This document shows positions 1 through 11,916 of a stretch of 64,000 nt of DNA, piece after piece. The stretch covers positions 98,456,001-98,520,000 of the forward strand of contig NC_043000.1 of assembly GCF_006345805.1 (NCBI RefSeq), written 5' to 3'. This stretch comes from Octopus sinensis (Eukaryota). A program made the translations under genes and the position numbers. The notes under the pieces were generated by a model. That model ran no database searches and had not been told where the DNA came from. It saw only the letters and a list, made by a program, of their open reading frames with translations. The stretch's first letter is position 1; every line of letters begins with the position of its first letter.

Positions 1-1983
1 AAAGAATTAACAAGAAAATCAACCAACTTAAATACTGCCAGCAGCAACGCACCCATTCGACTGCCATTGCATCACTCGAATCGAAAAAACACGACCTCCA
101 GAAAAGTTTAATGACCATCATTAACAGTCACAGAGAAGCTGAGGAGAGTAAGGCCATTAAGAAAATAAAACTCAATCCTAAAATGTTCTTTTTATTTGCA
201 CCCCCCCCAAAAAAAAACATAAAGACGCTGTTTTCACTGTTCGTCCTCTGGTTGACGAGAACAACACTCTACATGACGATGCAAAATCCACGTGCGAGAT
301 ATTTTAGAGACAATACTGCTCTGTCTTCAGTAACCCTAATGCGGTTGATCTGGCTAGTATCTGTGACGTGAACCCTCAACTAACCATATCTGACATAACT
401 TTTGATGCTCCTGATATCTTAACAGAAATAGATAGGATCAAGCACAACGCGGCAGTAGGTCCCTATAAGTTCCCGGCCACTGTCCTGAAGATGCGTCGAC
501 ATCAAATTGTCCCCCCCCCACCCATCTAGCTGAGCTCTGGAGAAACTCACTTGATGCAGGCTACATTCCTGATCATTTTCTTTGCTAGTCTGTCGTTCCA
601 GTCTTCAAACAGGGAAACAAATCTCTTCCAGTGAACCACCGTCCGATTTCACTCACTTCTCATATCATTAAAGTATTTGAGAGGATGGAGAGATCGCGAA
701 TATCTCACTTCCTCGAAGACAACAATCTGCTGAACTCCAACCAGCATGGTTTCCGCGAGGGCAGGGATTACTTGTCACAGCTTCTGCACCATTTTGATGA
801 CATCTTAAAAGCGTTGGGAGAGGGCTCCAACACTGACGCCATATACCTTGATTTCAGCAAGGCATTTGACAGAGTGGATCACAAAATCCTGCTGAAGAAA
901 CTGTCAAACATTGGAGTCCGTGAAAAGCTGCGGCAGTAGATAAAGTGTTTCCTGATAAACAGAACCCAACATGTGTTTGAGAGTATACGATCCAGCTCAG
1001 CCAAAGTCAGTAGTGGTGTCCCACAAGGTGCTGCGTTGGGCTCACTCCTCTTCATTATTTACATCAACGGCATAGTAGATATCATCAAACATTCTACATT
1101 GAAAATCTTTGCAAACGATTTCAAACTCCAGAGAGACATAAACGGCATGAGAGACCGAGCATGCCTTCAGTCAGATGTGTGTGCTATAGTCCAGTGGGCG
1201 GAAAAAAACTATGCTTGTAAATGAAAATAAGTTTGATTTGATCCACTTTGGGAAAGAGGAAACTCTGAAACTACGATATGCTCTTCCCTCTGGCGACTCC
1301 CTAATGTCATCCAACAACATCAAAGATATTGGAGTAATCGTTGATAACAATCTAAGCTGGAGTTCCCACATAAACAGCAAGGTTGAATGTGCTCCTCGAT
1401 TCCGAGAACTTTCCGGTCTAGAGATGCCTACACCATCATCTTTCTCTACTCTATTTTTCCCACTTCAGTACCCCCATACGAAGCAACTCATTATGAAAGT
1501 AGAAGCACTTTAGAGGTCCATAACAAGAAAGATAGACGGTATGAGAGGCATTGATTATTGGGGTCGACTAAAAAAACTCAATCTGTACTCTCACTAACGC
1601 CACCGGGAGCGCTACATCAATGTTGGCATCAATTTTAAAATCCATCCAAGACTTGGGTCCCGTGCTATCCGCCCACTACAAAAATCGAACTCGGTATACA
1701 TAGCGTTACGTCACAATTACTTTACCTCAACCAGTCCAGCTCCCTTTAATACCATACCAAAATACGACAAAACAGAAACGGATTTCATAAAATTCAAATG
1801 TTCACTGGACAAATTAAAAAAAAAAATCCCGGACCAACCTCCCACACTCGGATATGTCTCCAATAGTAATAACTGTTTGCTAGAGTGGGCTATGGTGCCC
1901 CATATATGACTAAAATACTTCACCAGGTGGTGCTATTGAGTTAGACATGGCGTGGACCTATACTGAACGAAACTTATCAAATT
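1..1983 (+). mobile_element. Degenerate CR1-like non-LTR retrotransposon (3' part: RT domain and 3' end)
   Basis: ORF 631-939 has RPISLTS...KVFER, QHGFR and YLDFSKAFDRVDH; ORF 973-1224 has SGVPQG..LG.LLF.IYIN and FAND (degenerate YADD). Stops and frameshifts are present. The 3' end CCAGGTGGTGCTATT...GAAACTTATCAAA followed by (TA)n recurs at 11316 and 53428. Confidence 0.9.
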
Positions 1984-2003
1984 TATATATATATATATAT
2001 ATA

Positions 2004-3098
2004 TTGGGTTGGCAACTAAGTTTCTGCCGTATTTTAAATTTTGGAATTTATTGCGTTTTTAAATTTTGGAATCGATTTTTTTCGACAATTCTATTTTTGA
2101 ATCATTTTGGAATCAATTTTTTTTTCTAGTTAATTTTAATTAATTTTTGTTTATTTTCAGATCATTAAAATGGAATGTCAAGTTAAGAAAAAAGAGCATT
2201 TTCGACACCTCCTTCTATTTGTTTTTAATCAAGGTTATAAGGCCACAAAAGCTACTCGCGACATTTGTGCTGTGTATGGAGAGGATGCCATAGCTCAAAG
2301 AACTGCTCATGATTGGTATGCCAAGTTGAAAAACGGAAATTTTGTCGCACCTCGTTCTGGCCGTCCAGTTAAGTTCAATGAAGAGCGATTAAACCAACTT
2401 TTACACAAAAATTCTCGTCAAACGACAAGGGAACTGGCAGAGAAAATGGAAAGCTCCCACACTGCTATAGAGAAGCGTCTTCACTCAATGGGAAAGGTTC
2501 AGACGTATGGAGTATGGGTTCCTCATGCTTTAAGTAACAACAACAAAAATCAACGAGCCACAATCTCCGCTGGTTTGCATGCTCGTCACCGCTCAACTCA
2601 TGGACACAAGCAACGATTTCTTTACCAAATTGTTACTGGCGACGGAAAATGGTGTCTGTACATCAATATGAAGCAGCGTAAGGAATGCCTTAGCCCCGGT
2701 AAACAAGCAACACCGCGCGTGAAACAAGATCTTCATCCGCGTAAAACGATGTTTTGCGTATGGTGTGACTGGGCCGGGATTATCCATTACGAATTGCTTG
2801 AACGGAACCAAACGGTCAACGCGGAACTGTGTTCAACAAATGGAACGACTCAACACGGCTATTCAAGAGAAAAGACTTAATCGGCAGCATGGAATTCTTT
2901 TGCCGCACGACAACACCCGCCCTCATATCACCAATATGACCAAGGAAGCCATTCAAACGTATGGCTAGGAAGTGCTACCACACCCTGCATACTCTCCTGA
3001 TTTGGCACCAACGGATTTCCACCTCTTTCGATCTTTTTCAAATGCTATGCGCGGAGTTTCGTTCAATACTGATGCAGAATTGAGAGCTTGGTTGGATA
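2004..3098 (+). mobile_element. mariner (DD34D, mellifera/cecropia-like) element, 3'-truncated, inserted in the (TA)n tail of the LINE
   Basis: Left TIR TTGGGTTGGCAACTAAG follows TA. The transposase starts at ATG 2170 with SGRP, WVPHAL, TGDGKW, HDNTRPH and HPAYSPDLAPTDFHLF; frameshift near 2830; no right TIR seen. Confidence 0.95.
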
Positions 3099-3181
3099 AA
3101 GTTGCTGATTGAGCAAATCTCGGAGCGAACGAGTTCTAGCTAGGGCTGACTTGTTCTTAATTACATTACTGAATAACTCAT

Positions 3182-3187
3182 TTTATT
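3182..3187 (-). promoter_or_regulatory. Candidate polyadenylation signal of the minus-strand gene
   Basis: AATAAA on the minus strand, 35-97 nt downstream of the candidate stops. The sequence is AT-rich, so a chance match is possible. Confidence 0.35.
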
Positions 3188-3283
3188 TTCTGAAGATGAT
3201 AAGCTTACAATATAAGGAAAATTAACCGCTTTCCCAGCAGGTTGAATAACGCAGATATATGGTCAATGAATTTGGTTTGTAAA

Positions 3284-3306
3284 CTAAATCAGTAAATTCT
3301 TCAAAC
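3284..3306 (-). CDS. Secreted Cys-rich protein, putative last coding exon (exon 5; stop at 3284, or at 3222 in the alternative frame)
   Basis: Acceptor tttctttgatatatttag ends at 3307, giving a 55-bp intron from the gtaagt donor at 3361. Phase 1 gives RLKNLLI*; phase 2 gives FEEFTDLVYKPNSLTIYLRYSTCWESG*. An AATAAA lies at 3182-3187. Confidence 0.4.
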
Positions 3307-3361
3307 CTAAATATATCAAAGAAATCAAAAAACATTCGTGTCTGCTTTTGTTTTTACTTAC

Positions 3362-3500
3362 GAACAATAGCACTTGGAAGAGCCGGTATTTGTAACCCTG
3401 GTGTAGAGGTGGGACGAGCGATAGATACAGCTGCAGCTTTCGAGAGCCGTGGAAACTGTTCAGTCATAACAAAATCTTGTTGCTTGAAGCTGACCTCGAA
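3362..3500 (-). CDS. Secreted Cys-rich protein, exon 4 (139 bp)
   Basis: Strong acceptor (ttcgtatttatttttttaaag) and donor (gtaagt); GC-richer than the flanks. The phase-0 frame is open: FEVSFKQQDFVMTEQFPRLSKAAAVSIARPTSTPGLQIPALPSAIV. Confidence 0.7.
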
Positions 3501-4186
3501 CTTTAAAAAAATAAATACGAAACGCAGAAAATAAATAAATAAGAAACGATTGCGAACTCTTACACACATGTACTCGCTCTCTCGCGCGATCGCACATACA
3601 GAAACACGCACACGCACACGCACACACACACGCATATGATTATATACGAAATATATGTGAATGTTTGATCCTTTCATTTATATCTTCTGAAATCGTTCTA
3701 TAAAGAAGCTAGCTTCTAACAAGTAAAAATAAGCCTTTATTTCTGAAATTTAGATAATTACAATAATAACAGTAAAGTGTTATGTTTGCAATTTTAAACT
3801 TGCATAGCCTTACTTTTAACTTACAAATTATATTAACAGACTACATGTAAGATATTTTTTCTTAACTTAAAATTTACAGTTTTCCACTAAAGATTTAGTA
3901 ACGTAATTAAATGCGATAATGGTTATTGGTAAAAATATAAATTTATAAATTGCAAAGAAGGAACTCTAGGTTTCGAAGCAGTTATTGATTAATATTTTCT
4001 GAATTTGAATAAAATGTTTTGAACTTGAATAACACATTCATAAGGGAAAGAATTTTAAGAAGCGGAGGTCGTATACTTTTTACAGAATTATGTGAATTTT
4101 TTTCACATTACACTATTTTTCTCCCATATGATCTTTCTAAATATTTTTCTATTTACCTCCTTTTCAGTACTTTGACTTTTCTTAGT

Positions 4187-4187
4187 C

Positions 4188-4279
<92 letters not shown>

Positions 4280-4305
4280 TTCCTTCTTTCTTTCTTTCTT
4301 TTCCT

Positions 4306-4353
<48 letters not shown>
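4187..4353. repeat. (TTTC)n microsatellite
   Basis: Direct reading of the sequence. Confidence 0.95.
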
Positions 4354-4354
<1 letters not shown>

Positions 4355-4405
4355 ACTAACCCATTCACTCTTTCGTTATCGTCTCAAAAAACAAATTCTA
4401 CATAC

Positions 4406-4590
4406 CAATTGATGCAGTGCAAGTCCACCTTTGTAACAATATGTACAAGCACAGTCTTTGCAGTTCATTTTGTAGAAGTCTTCGTATACATTCCATGGTT
4501 TTGCTGAAGAACATTGATTAGATGGGCATGTGATATTTACATCTATGCAGTTGATACTTCTGGGAGTAGTAGATCCTACACAACAAGTTG
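4406..4590 (-). CDS. Secreted Cys-rich protein, exon 3 (185 bp, 9 Cys)
   Basis: Acceptor cttatttttcaacag, donor gtatgt. Only one frame is open: (A)TCCVGSTTPRSINCIDVNITCPSNQCSSAKPWNVYEDFYKMNCKDCACTYCYKGGLALHQL. Phase 1 in matches exon 2; phase 0 out matches exon 4. Confidence 0.85.
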
Positions 4591-4736
4591 CTGTTGAAAA
4601 ATAAGATATAACAACATACGCTTATTCAAAATTCATATTGTTTTAATGATTTATGAACTAGAATCTTAATTTCTATGTTTAAGTTCTTACAAACAAACAT
4701 GCAAATACACACTATACAAATACACATGCACACCTA

Positions 4737-4781
<45 letters not shown>

Positions 4782-5004
4782 AAATACATAAAATGCTCCA
4801 TTACACTTTCATTAGTTCTATATTCGGGGAGAAAGTCAAAAGCTCATCGTTCGGAAAGACATTAGACAGAAAACATATTCAATCAAAACACATTTGTAGA
4901 AAAACTAACTGACCAAAGGACAAATTGATTGAATGCATATTGGTCAAAGAGAAAAAATGGAATATTCCAAATTTTAATATTGTTCAAACACATAGCTAAA
5001 ATTA

Positions 5005-5043
5005 TTGGTTTCAAATTTTAGCACAAGGCCAACAATTTCGGGG

Positions 5044-5120
<77 letters not shown>

Positions 5121-5886
5121 GGGTAAATCGATTAAATCGATCTCAGTGTTTAACTAGTACTTATCTAGTCTACCGCGAAAGGATGAAAAGCAAAGCCAAC
5201 CCCAGTGTAATTTGGACTCAGATCGCATAGACGGAAGAAATAGTGCAAAGCACTTCGCCCTGCATGTTAATGATTCTGTCAAGCTCGCCAACTTAACAAT
5301 GATAATATTGGTTTCAAATTTTGGCATAGACCAGCAACTTTGGGGCAGGGGATAAATCGATGACATCGATCCCAGTCCAGTGTTCATCTGGTACTATTTT
5401 ATTGACCCCGAAAGGATGAAAGGCAAAGTCGACCTCGGCTGAGTTTCAACTCAGAACGTATTGAAGGACGAAATACTGCGAAGGATTTTACCTGACATGA
5501 TAACGATTCTGCCAGTTCATCGCCTTTCCATAGCTAGAAATATTCCTGAGATTTCAGACCAACTGGTACTTATTTTATCGACCCCGAAAGGTTGAAAAGC
5601 AAAATCGACTCTGGTGGCTTTTGAACTTAGAACGTGAAGTCGAAAAAAATACCTATTTCTTTACTACCCACAAGGGGCTAAACACAGAGAGGACAAGCAA
5701 GGACAGACAAATGGATGAAGTCGATTATATCGACCCCAGTGCGTAACTGGTACTTATTTAATCGACCCCGAAAGGATGAAAGGCAAAGTCGACCTCGGTA
5801 GAATTTGAACTCAGAACGTAGCGGCAGACGAAATGCTGCTAGGCATTTCGCCCGGCGTGCTAACGTTTCTGCCAGCTCGCCGCCTT
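5005..5886 (-). mobile_element. Cluster of tRNA-derived SINE family A copies and fragments (best copy 5651-5886)
   Basis: Repeated head AAGGCGGCGAGCTGGCAGAA...GTTCTGAGTTCAAATTC (A/B-box like) and core TTTGCCTTTCATCCTTTCGGGGTCGAT...AGTACCAG, interleaved with (GA)n. Confidence 0.9.
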
Positions 5887-6289
5887 TTATTATTAAAAAT
5901 AAAAATAAATAATGCAATAATTTATTGATATCTGAATTAAGTTTCACTATGTTTTAAAAGTGCTAAAAGTTCTAAAAATTCTAAATGGATGATGTAGGAA
6001 TCAGAATTAATAGATTAGATCTTCACAAAATGTGCCGATATAATGTAAGCGTTAGTTGTTTAGCTTTCTTAATTTTTTAATGAAATTTTTAATGAAATTT
6101 TTCAGAGGTGGGTTCTCATTGAAGTAGATTACGATGATGTTGACTAAATTTAGAAAGAAATAATTTTTGAAATTAACGGGAGGAAACACTGGCTACAATA
6201 CGCGTTTTTTTTTCATAGCTTTCTCTTTAGAAGTATGTAGATGTACATGGAGTTCTAAATACCGGTTGTGCGCGGTGCCTTGTAATTCG

Positions 6290-6334
<45 letters not shown>

Positions 6335-6442
6335 TGAATGTATACATAGATATGTAAATATTGAACAATGAGAATGAATATTCAAACACCGCATTGTTAA
6401 ATAAAGGTTCTTTAGTTGTGTATTAAGGCTACCATTGGTTTC

Positions 6443-6800
6443 ATGTAAACGAATTTTCAACAAATTTCTAGCCTATCATATCAAACCATTGGTGTCCTTC
6501 TACAGTTTGGATTAAAACGCGAAAAGTCAAGGAAGGCCACAATAAAATCACGTGAGAATTTCAGTAAACTAAAACGATATATCAAGGGGAACGGCTGTTG
6601 GATGATTATCTCACTTGAATTCGATTTATTGAAAAATTCGAATTCATTCAAATTGTTTTTGCTTATGCACACTTACATTAATGTTTAAACGACAGAAAGT
6701 TTTACAATTCCTTGATTTTTCATGCTTTTATCCAAAATGGAGAGGGACACCAATGTTTCCATGTGATAGGCTTGTAAACTGTTGAGGTATTCCTTAATAT
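6443..6800. mobile_element. MITE-like element with roughly 90-bp imperfect inverted arms
   Basis: Left arm AGCCTATCATATCAAACCATTGGTGTCCTTCTACAGTTTGGATTAAAACGCGAAAAGTCAAGGAA matches the reverse complement of about 6708-6800 (AGCCTATCACATGGAAACATTGGTGTCCCTCTCCATTTTGGATAAAAGCATGAAAAATCAAGGAA). No ORF. Confidence 0.6.
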
Positions 6801-6901
6801 GCATACATGCATGCATACATACATACATACATACATACATACATACATACATACATACATACATACATACACACACATACATATATATACACATACATAC
6901 A

Positions 6902-6951
<50 letters not shown>

Positions 6952-7839
6952 AACATTCCACTTGTATGTATGCATTTGTGTGTGTAGTTTGAAATTATAC
7001 TCCTGCAACTTCCGTGTTAGGCATATTTAGCAATTTGGAAATGTTGGCTTGTTCAAGATGTCTTTTACATTTTAAACTGTTGAGCACTTTGTCTTCTTCT
7101 CAAGGAAGTAATTTGGTTGTAGTGAAAGCTATGACTCGATTATTCCCTGAGGATAATGACCAGTTACATTATAACTGTATGTTATGCAGTTAGTGGATAT
7201 GAGTGAAATATGCGCTTGGTGAAAGGAACTTTTTCATTGAATATTCTGGTAACTATGTGATTCAATAGAAATAATAGCTCCAGAGAAATAAAATATTTCA
7301 TTTCCATACTTTACCAGTTATCCATCACTTCAAAATGAACACCATACAAAAAATATATACTGTATGTCTTATCGCCAGACAGCACAGTGTATTTACATGG
7401 CATTTAATGGTTATGTAAATGATGTGTCATTATTCTAGGTGGCGAAATAACTGAATTGTTAACACATTATCCTTCGTGATATTTAATTCGTCTTTACATA
7501 TTAAGTTCAAATGCTAACTTTGCTTTCATCCTTTCGGAGTCGATACATTAAGTGCTTGTTTGTGGAAAGATATCTCATCATCCATCCTTTTAATTTTTCA
7601 TTTTATCCGGATAAAGTTTATTATTCTGTGGATGAAATATTGTCAAGGTACGGATTCGATTTGGATATATATCCGGCATAGATGAACATCCACTCACTAC
7701 ATTTTCACTTTACTAAAATAATTAAGTTAATCAATCTTGACTTTCTTTTTTAAATTCCTATACCATTTCGAAAATGCTGAAGAATTAAAATAAATAAAAA
7801 TTAAAATAAATGCAAGACTGTTGTAAACGTTTTTCATAC

Positions 7840-8067
7840 CTGGAACTGGCGCTGTAAAATTTTGGATGGTTGACTGGTAACTTGCTTCCCATTTTATTTC
7901 CGTCACATTATTTATCATGTCTACCGGTAAAGAATAAACTACCGGAAAATCTGACACTTGTTTTTTGAAACTTAAATTTAACGGGATATTGGAGAATGTT
8001 ACCAGTTCAGATAAATTTTTTATGGTGGTAGTAAAGAGTGATTCACAACCATGCTGTTCAAAGGTAA
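7840..8067 (-). CDS. Secreted Cys-rich protein, exon 2 (228 bp)
   Basis: Acceptor ttttgtgtattttcag, donor CAG|gtatga. Symmetric phase 1-1 open frame: (V)TFEQHGCESLFTTTIKNLSELVTFSNIPLNLSFKKQVSDFPVVYSLPVDMINNVTEIKWEASYQSTIQNFTAPVP, with four N-X-S/T sequons. Confidence 0.85.
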
Positions 8068-8291
8068 CTGAAAATACACAAAATAGTTTATGTTACATAA
8101 GGAAAAATAAAACAAATACAACCAAAACTTCATAAAAAAAAACTTTTTAAAAACTATGATATAATATAAAGATAAAGCAGAAATAAAGTTTTGAAAGGAT
8201 GAATTGACTTTGCGAAATACAGGGTAATCTTTTGCTGCCAGGCAAATCATACTGATGTGATTAATTAACGTACATTATTGACACTGATACA

Positions 8292-8614
8292 CTTACCTAC
8301 AAGCAGTTGTTCACTCATACTGGCACTGGCGCTCTGTTGGTTACGATGACGAGGGTTCCAGTTGATCCTATCAGCGGAACAACCTGCTCGTTAAATTAAA
8401 TTGCAAGTGGCTGAGCACTTCACAGACGCGTATACTCTTAACGGTGTTCTCAGGGAGAGTCAGCGTGAAACTACTTATTTTTGATAGCTGAGTGAACTCG
8501 AGCGACGCGAAATAAAGTGTCTTCTCAAGAACGCAACGGGCTGTCGGGAATCGAACTCGCAACCTTACAATCGTGAGCCGAATATCCCTAACCATTAAGC
8601 CACGCGCCTTCACC
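8292..8614 (-). mobile_element. tRNA-derived SINE family B with 10-bp TSD
   Basis: Head GTGAAGGCGCGTGGCTTAATGGTTAGGGATATTCGGC...GAGTTCGATTCCCG. CACTGATACA occurs at 8282-8291 and 8615-8624. A second copy lies at about 51635-51927. Confidence 0.9.
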
Positions 8615-9628
8615 CACTGATACAATACCTCGATAAACTCATTAAAAAATCGTTAGCATTTAAGCATCATTACGCATGATTGACAAGATATGCACCGTTA
8701 TATGGTGTTGACTATGAAACTTGGATATACTAACCATTGCTTTCTTTTACTAGGTATAGAACAAATAGTTCACCTGTAGTTTGATCATTGCTATTCACTA
8801 TAATATAGAATAATAGCTCCGTTTGTAAAGAGCTCTAAACACTAACGTACACTGTTAAAAAACATTAAGCGACTGATATGTAAATAAAGCAGATCTGTGA
8901 GCAAATATTTACTGCAAATACACAACATATATTGTTAAATAGAAACGACAAATAGAAACCTGATTTAATTATTTACTGATACTTTTAAACGTTCAATAGC
9001 TATTTGTTTTTAGTGTAAACCTCTTTTAGTGTAATTCGTTATTTGCTTTCAGTGTAATCCTTTTTTTAAAGATGATACTTTCGTATAGATTATTGAAAAC
9101 ACTAGTTTGAGATAGAGTATTTGAGTCTGGTACCATTGTTGAGTAGAATGAAAGACACCAAGTCAAAACTAAAAACTAACGAAACATTATAATACCCATA
9201 AATTGTTTCTCCTGTTTATATACCAAAGGTGAACTTGGCACATTCTTAGTTCCGGTGCTTATACACTAATAGTCATTTTGGTGGATGGAAGTAGTATGTA
9301 GTCAAATGTTATCAGTGTTCTATATTACTAACGGAATGTTGGATATTGAACCAACTCAGAAAAGCCTAACTCTTATTAGAATTACAAAACACCAGAAATC
9401 TTATTCATAACAATGTGTACCTACCACGGCAGTATAACAGTAAATTACATTAAAGTGAATTTTTGATATAGGGCTGTGTGAATAAGATTCAATTGCGAAA
9501 TTCTTCGTCAGAAAATTAAACACCCTGCTCAGTTTGAAAAATAGTCTTCCGTGAAGTGGGTAGATATATTATCACTTCATAAATAAACACAATTTACATA
9601 TTAACTTTATATTTTTGAGTAAGTTTAC

Positions 9629-9713
9629 CTGAAGATGATGAAGTAAAACGTATGGTAGCCAGTAAAATCATCAATGTAAAAGATGGTTTCTCCATATTCC
9701 TAATATTTTTCAT
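9629..9713 (-). CDS. Secreted Cys-rich protein, first coding exon (signal peptide); exon spans 9629-9717
   Basis: Acceptor ttctatattctattttcag, donor CAG|gtaaac. Encodes MKNIRNMEKPSFTLMILLATIRFTSSSS plus 1 nt, with hydrophobic core FTLMILLATI; phase 1 joins exon 2. Confidence 0.8.
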
Positions 9714-9912
9714 TAACCTGAAAATAGAATATAGAAAACAAAGAATAAGGCAATAATATTTATGGCCCGTTTAAAAAATGCCTCTCATGCATATATACAT
9801 ACATGAATACACATTGGTTCGTACCACATTCACAACAAGCAAACTAGGTATCTTCAGTATGGTCTCTCAACCTGGTAGAAATAGTAGCAGTATTTACTTT
9901 AAAACATATATA

Positions 9913-10145
9913 TATTTCTTTACTGCCCACAAGGGGCTAAACATAGAGGGGACAAACAAGGACAGACAATGGTATTAAGTCGATTACATCGACCCCAGTT
10001 GGAAACTAGTACTTTATTTATCGACCCCGAAAGGATGAAAGGCAAAGTCGACCTCGGCGGAATTTGAACTCAGAACGTAACGACAGACGAAATACGGCTA
10101 CGCATTTCGCCCGGCGTGCTAACGCTTCTGCTAGCTCGCCGCCTT
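9913..10145 (-). mobile_element. SINE family A, full-length monomer
   Basis: Nearly identical to 5651-5886 and 63569-63800. Confidence 0.92.
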
Positions 10146-10990
10146 AATATATAACATATATAGGTACATATATACACATGTATTTATATATAGATAGGTA
10201 CACACACAGACGCGCGACACGCACACACACACACGCACGAACACACACACAGACACACACACACACACACCCATGTACCTCAAACCCTACTGTCCTATAT
10301 TAAATCATACCCCAGATTCTAAGCATACTCTGTACTCTGTTCTCCTACTTTAAATATTACATTACCTCAAACCCTATTCACTACTCTTAATTCTAATCAG
10401 TTTCTATTTCAAACAATCTTCAAATCATACTCACTTCTATGTTGCAAATAGACTACATAGAAAATGTAGTCTTTGATACGTTGTATGAAATCTATGAAAT
10501 GGTCACGACTGGAAATTATACATTCTGGATCACCTACCACAACCCCAAGAAAAAAGGCATCCATCTCAAAGGCATCCATGCATGCATTTTCAAATACGCA
10601 AACTGTGATTGCAGTACAATCGTATGGTTTAGATATCCATTGAGCGTCTCTCTCACACACACACGCACACACAAACGCGTACATTTACATGTGTATATTT
10701 ATATACATATATATGTATCCATGTGTAAAATACGTGAAATAGAAAATGGAATTCACAGTCCTTTTAATTCAAAACCACTATGATCGTTTCATCCCATCAT
10801 GCACCGGCATCTTATCGGTGAGAAGCAGCACAAAGAATTATCATGCATCCTAGGTGCAGATGCGTCTCCTAAGGTACTTTTTAGAGGTAACCTCATTGTG
10901 ACTTGCCGTTTCGCTTATATCTACAACAAATCTATGTAGTAAGTGTAGCATATGCATAAATGGCTTAGTGTAGATACACATATGTATGTA

Positions 10991-11254
10991 TGGCCTAGTG
11001 GTTAGGGCTGTTGTATCGCGATCGCAAGATCGGGTTTCGATTCTTATACTACCTGCGCGTTGTTTTCTTGTGCCAAACCTTTCATTTCACGTTCTCCAGA
11101 CATCTAGTTGTAAATGAGTGACTCTGCGACGGAGTAACCTTCCGATCAGGAAGAATGCTGGCCTGCTCGCCTAGCCAGCGGAGTGGCATTGTACGGAGGC
11201 CAAAACGATGTGAAGTACATTGTGATCAGCGATGTATAACAAATCTAATAGTCT

Positions 11255-11255
<1 letters not shown>
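10991..11255 (+). mobile_element. tRNA-derived SINE (separate family)
   Basis: TGGCCTAGTGGTTAGGG (A box), GGTTTCGATTC (B box), and body TTTCATTTCACGTT.CTCCAG shared with other SINE heads in the window. Confidence 0.75.
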
Positions 11256-11315
<60 letters not shown>

Positions 11316-11393
11316 ACCAGGTGGTGCTATTAAGTTGGACATGGCCTGGGCCAATAATGGCCGAAACCTATCAAAGTATCAAAGTATCAAAGT
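11316..11393 (+). mobile_element. Extreme 3' fragment of the CR1-like LINE with (ATCAAAGT)3 tail
   Basis: CCAGGTGGTGCTATTAAGTTGGACATGGC matches 1923-1951. It carries a GGCCA-ATAA-TGGCC stem-loop and an 8-mer tandem tail, as known for CR1-type 3' ends. Confidence 0.75.
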
Positions 11394-11841
11394 ATATATA
11401 TATATATATATTATATATATTATATATATATCATATATATATATATATATATCTATATATATATATACACTTTTAATAAAGCTGCAAGAACATCACAAAA
11501 ATGTGTTACCCAAAGTTTCACGTTCCTGTATATGATGTACTCTTCTGTGATGGTAAGATTAACAAAGAAAAAAAATCTATATGGTGAGAGATAAATATTA
11601 TTCAATAAACAATATATATCTTTATGAGGTACTAATAGTTTCATCCAATGAAAATATCGTGAGAATTGCGTGAAGGCACTAAGTCATGTTAAAAAATGCT
11701 GACTGAGATGTTTTCATTGCTTGAAACTATTATAAAAATATATATTGTGTTCATACATACATACATACATACATACATACATACATACATACATACATAC
11801 ATACATACATACATGCAAAAGCAGCAGAAACTCAACAAGAC

Positions 11842-11879
11842 CTGTTACTCTGAGTTTCACGTTCCCGTTCGTCGGACAG
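11842..11879 (-). ncRNA. Minimal type I hammerhead ribozyme motif (Penelope-associated)
   Basis: CUGU-CCGACGA-ACG(GGAA)CGU-GAAA-CUC(A)GAG-UA-ACAG: stems I, II and III pair, the core is conserved apart from U4C, and the triplet is GUA. Confidence 0.75.
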
Positions 11880-11885
11880 TTTTTG

Positions 11886-11916
<31 letters not shown>

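Noticed and set aside
2170-2880. 236-aa ORF resembling SETMAR (domesticated mariner)
   Set aside because: There is no SET domain, and it is frameshifted, 3'-truncated and retains a TIR; it is an ordinary dead mariner.
8291-8340. Perfect AG|gtaagt donor in intron 1 (possible mini-exon or recursive site)
   Set aside because: It is created by the junction of the SINE B tail and its TSD, and the polypyrimidine tract is weak.
10409-10783. Overlapping ORFs and a minus-strand gtgagt donor near 10434, a candidate upstream exon
   Set aside because: It lies in a degenerate dispersed repeat (pieces also near 34170-34330 and 42280-42580), and joining it to the 9717 exon meets an immediate stop. At most it is an exonised UTR exon.
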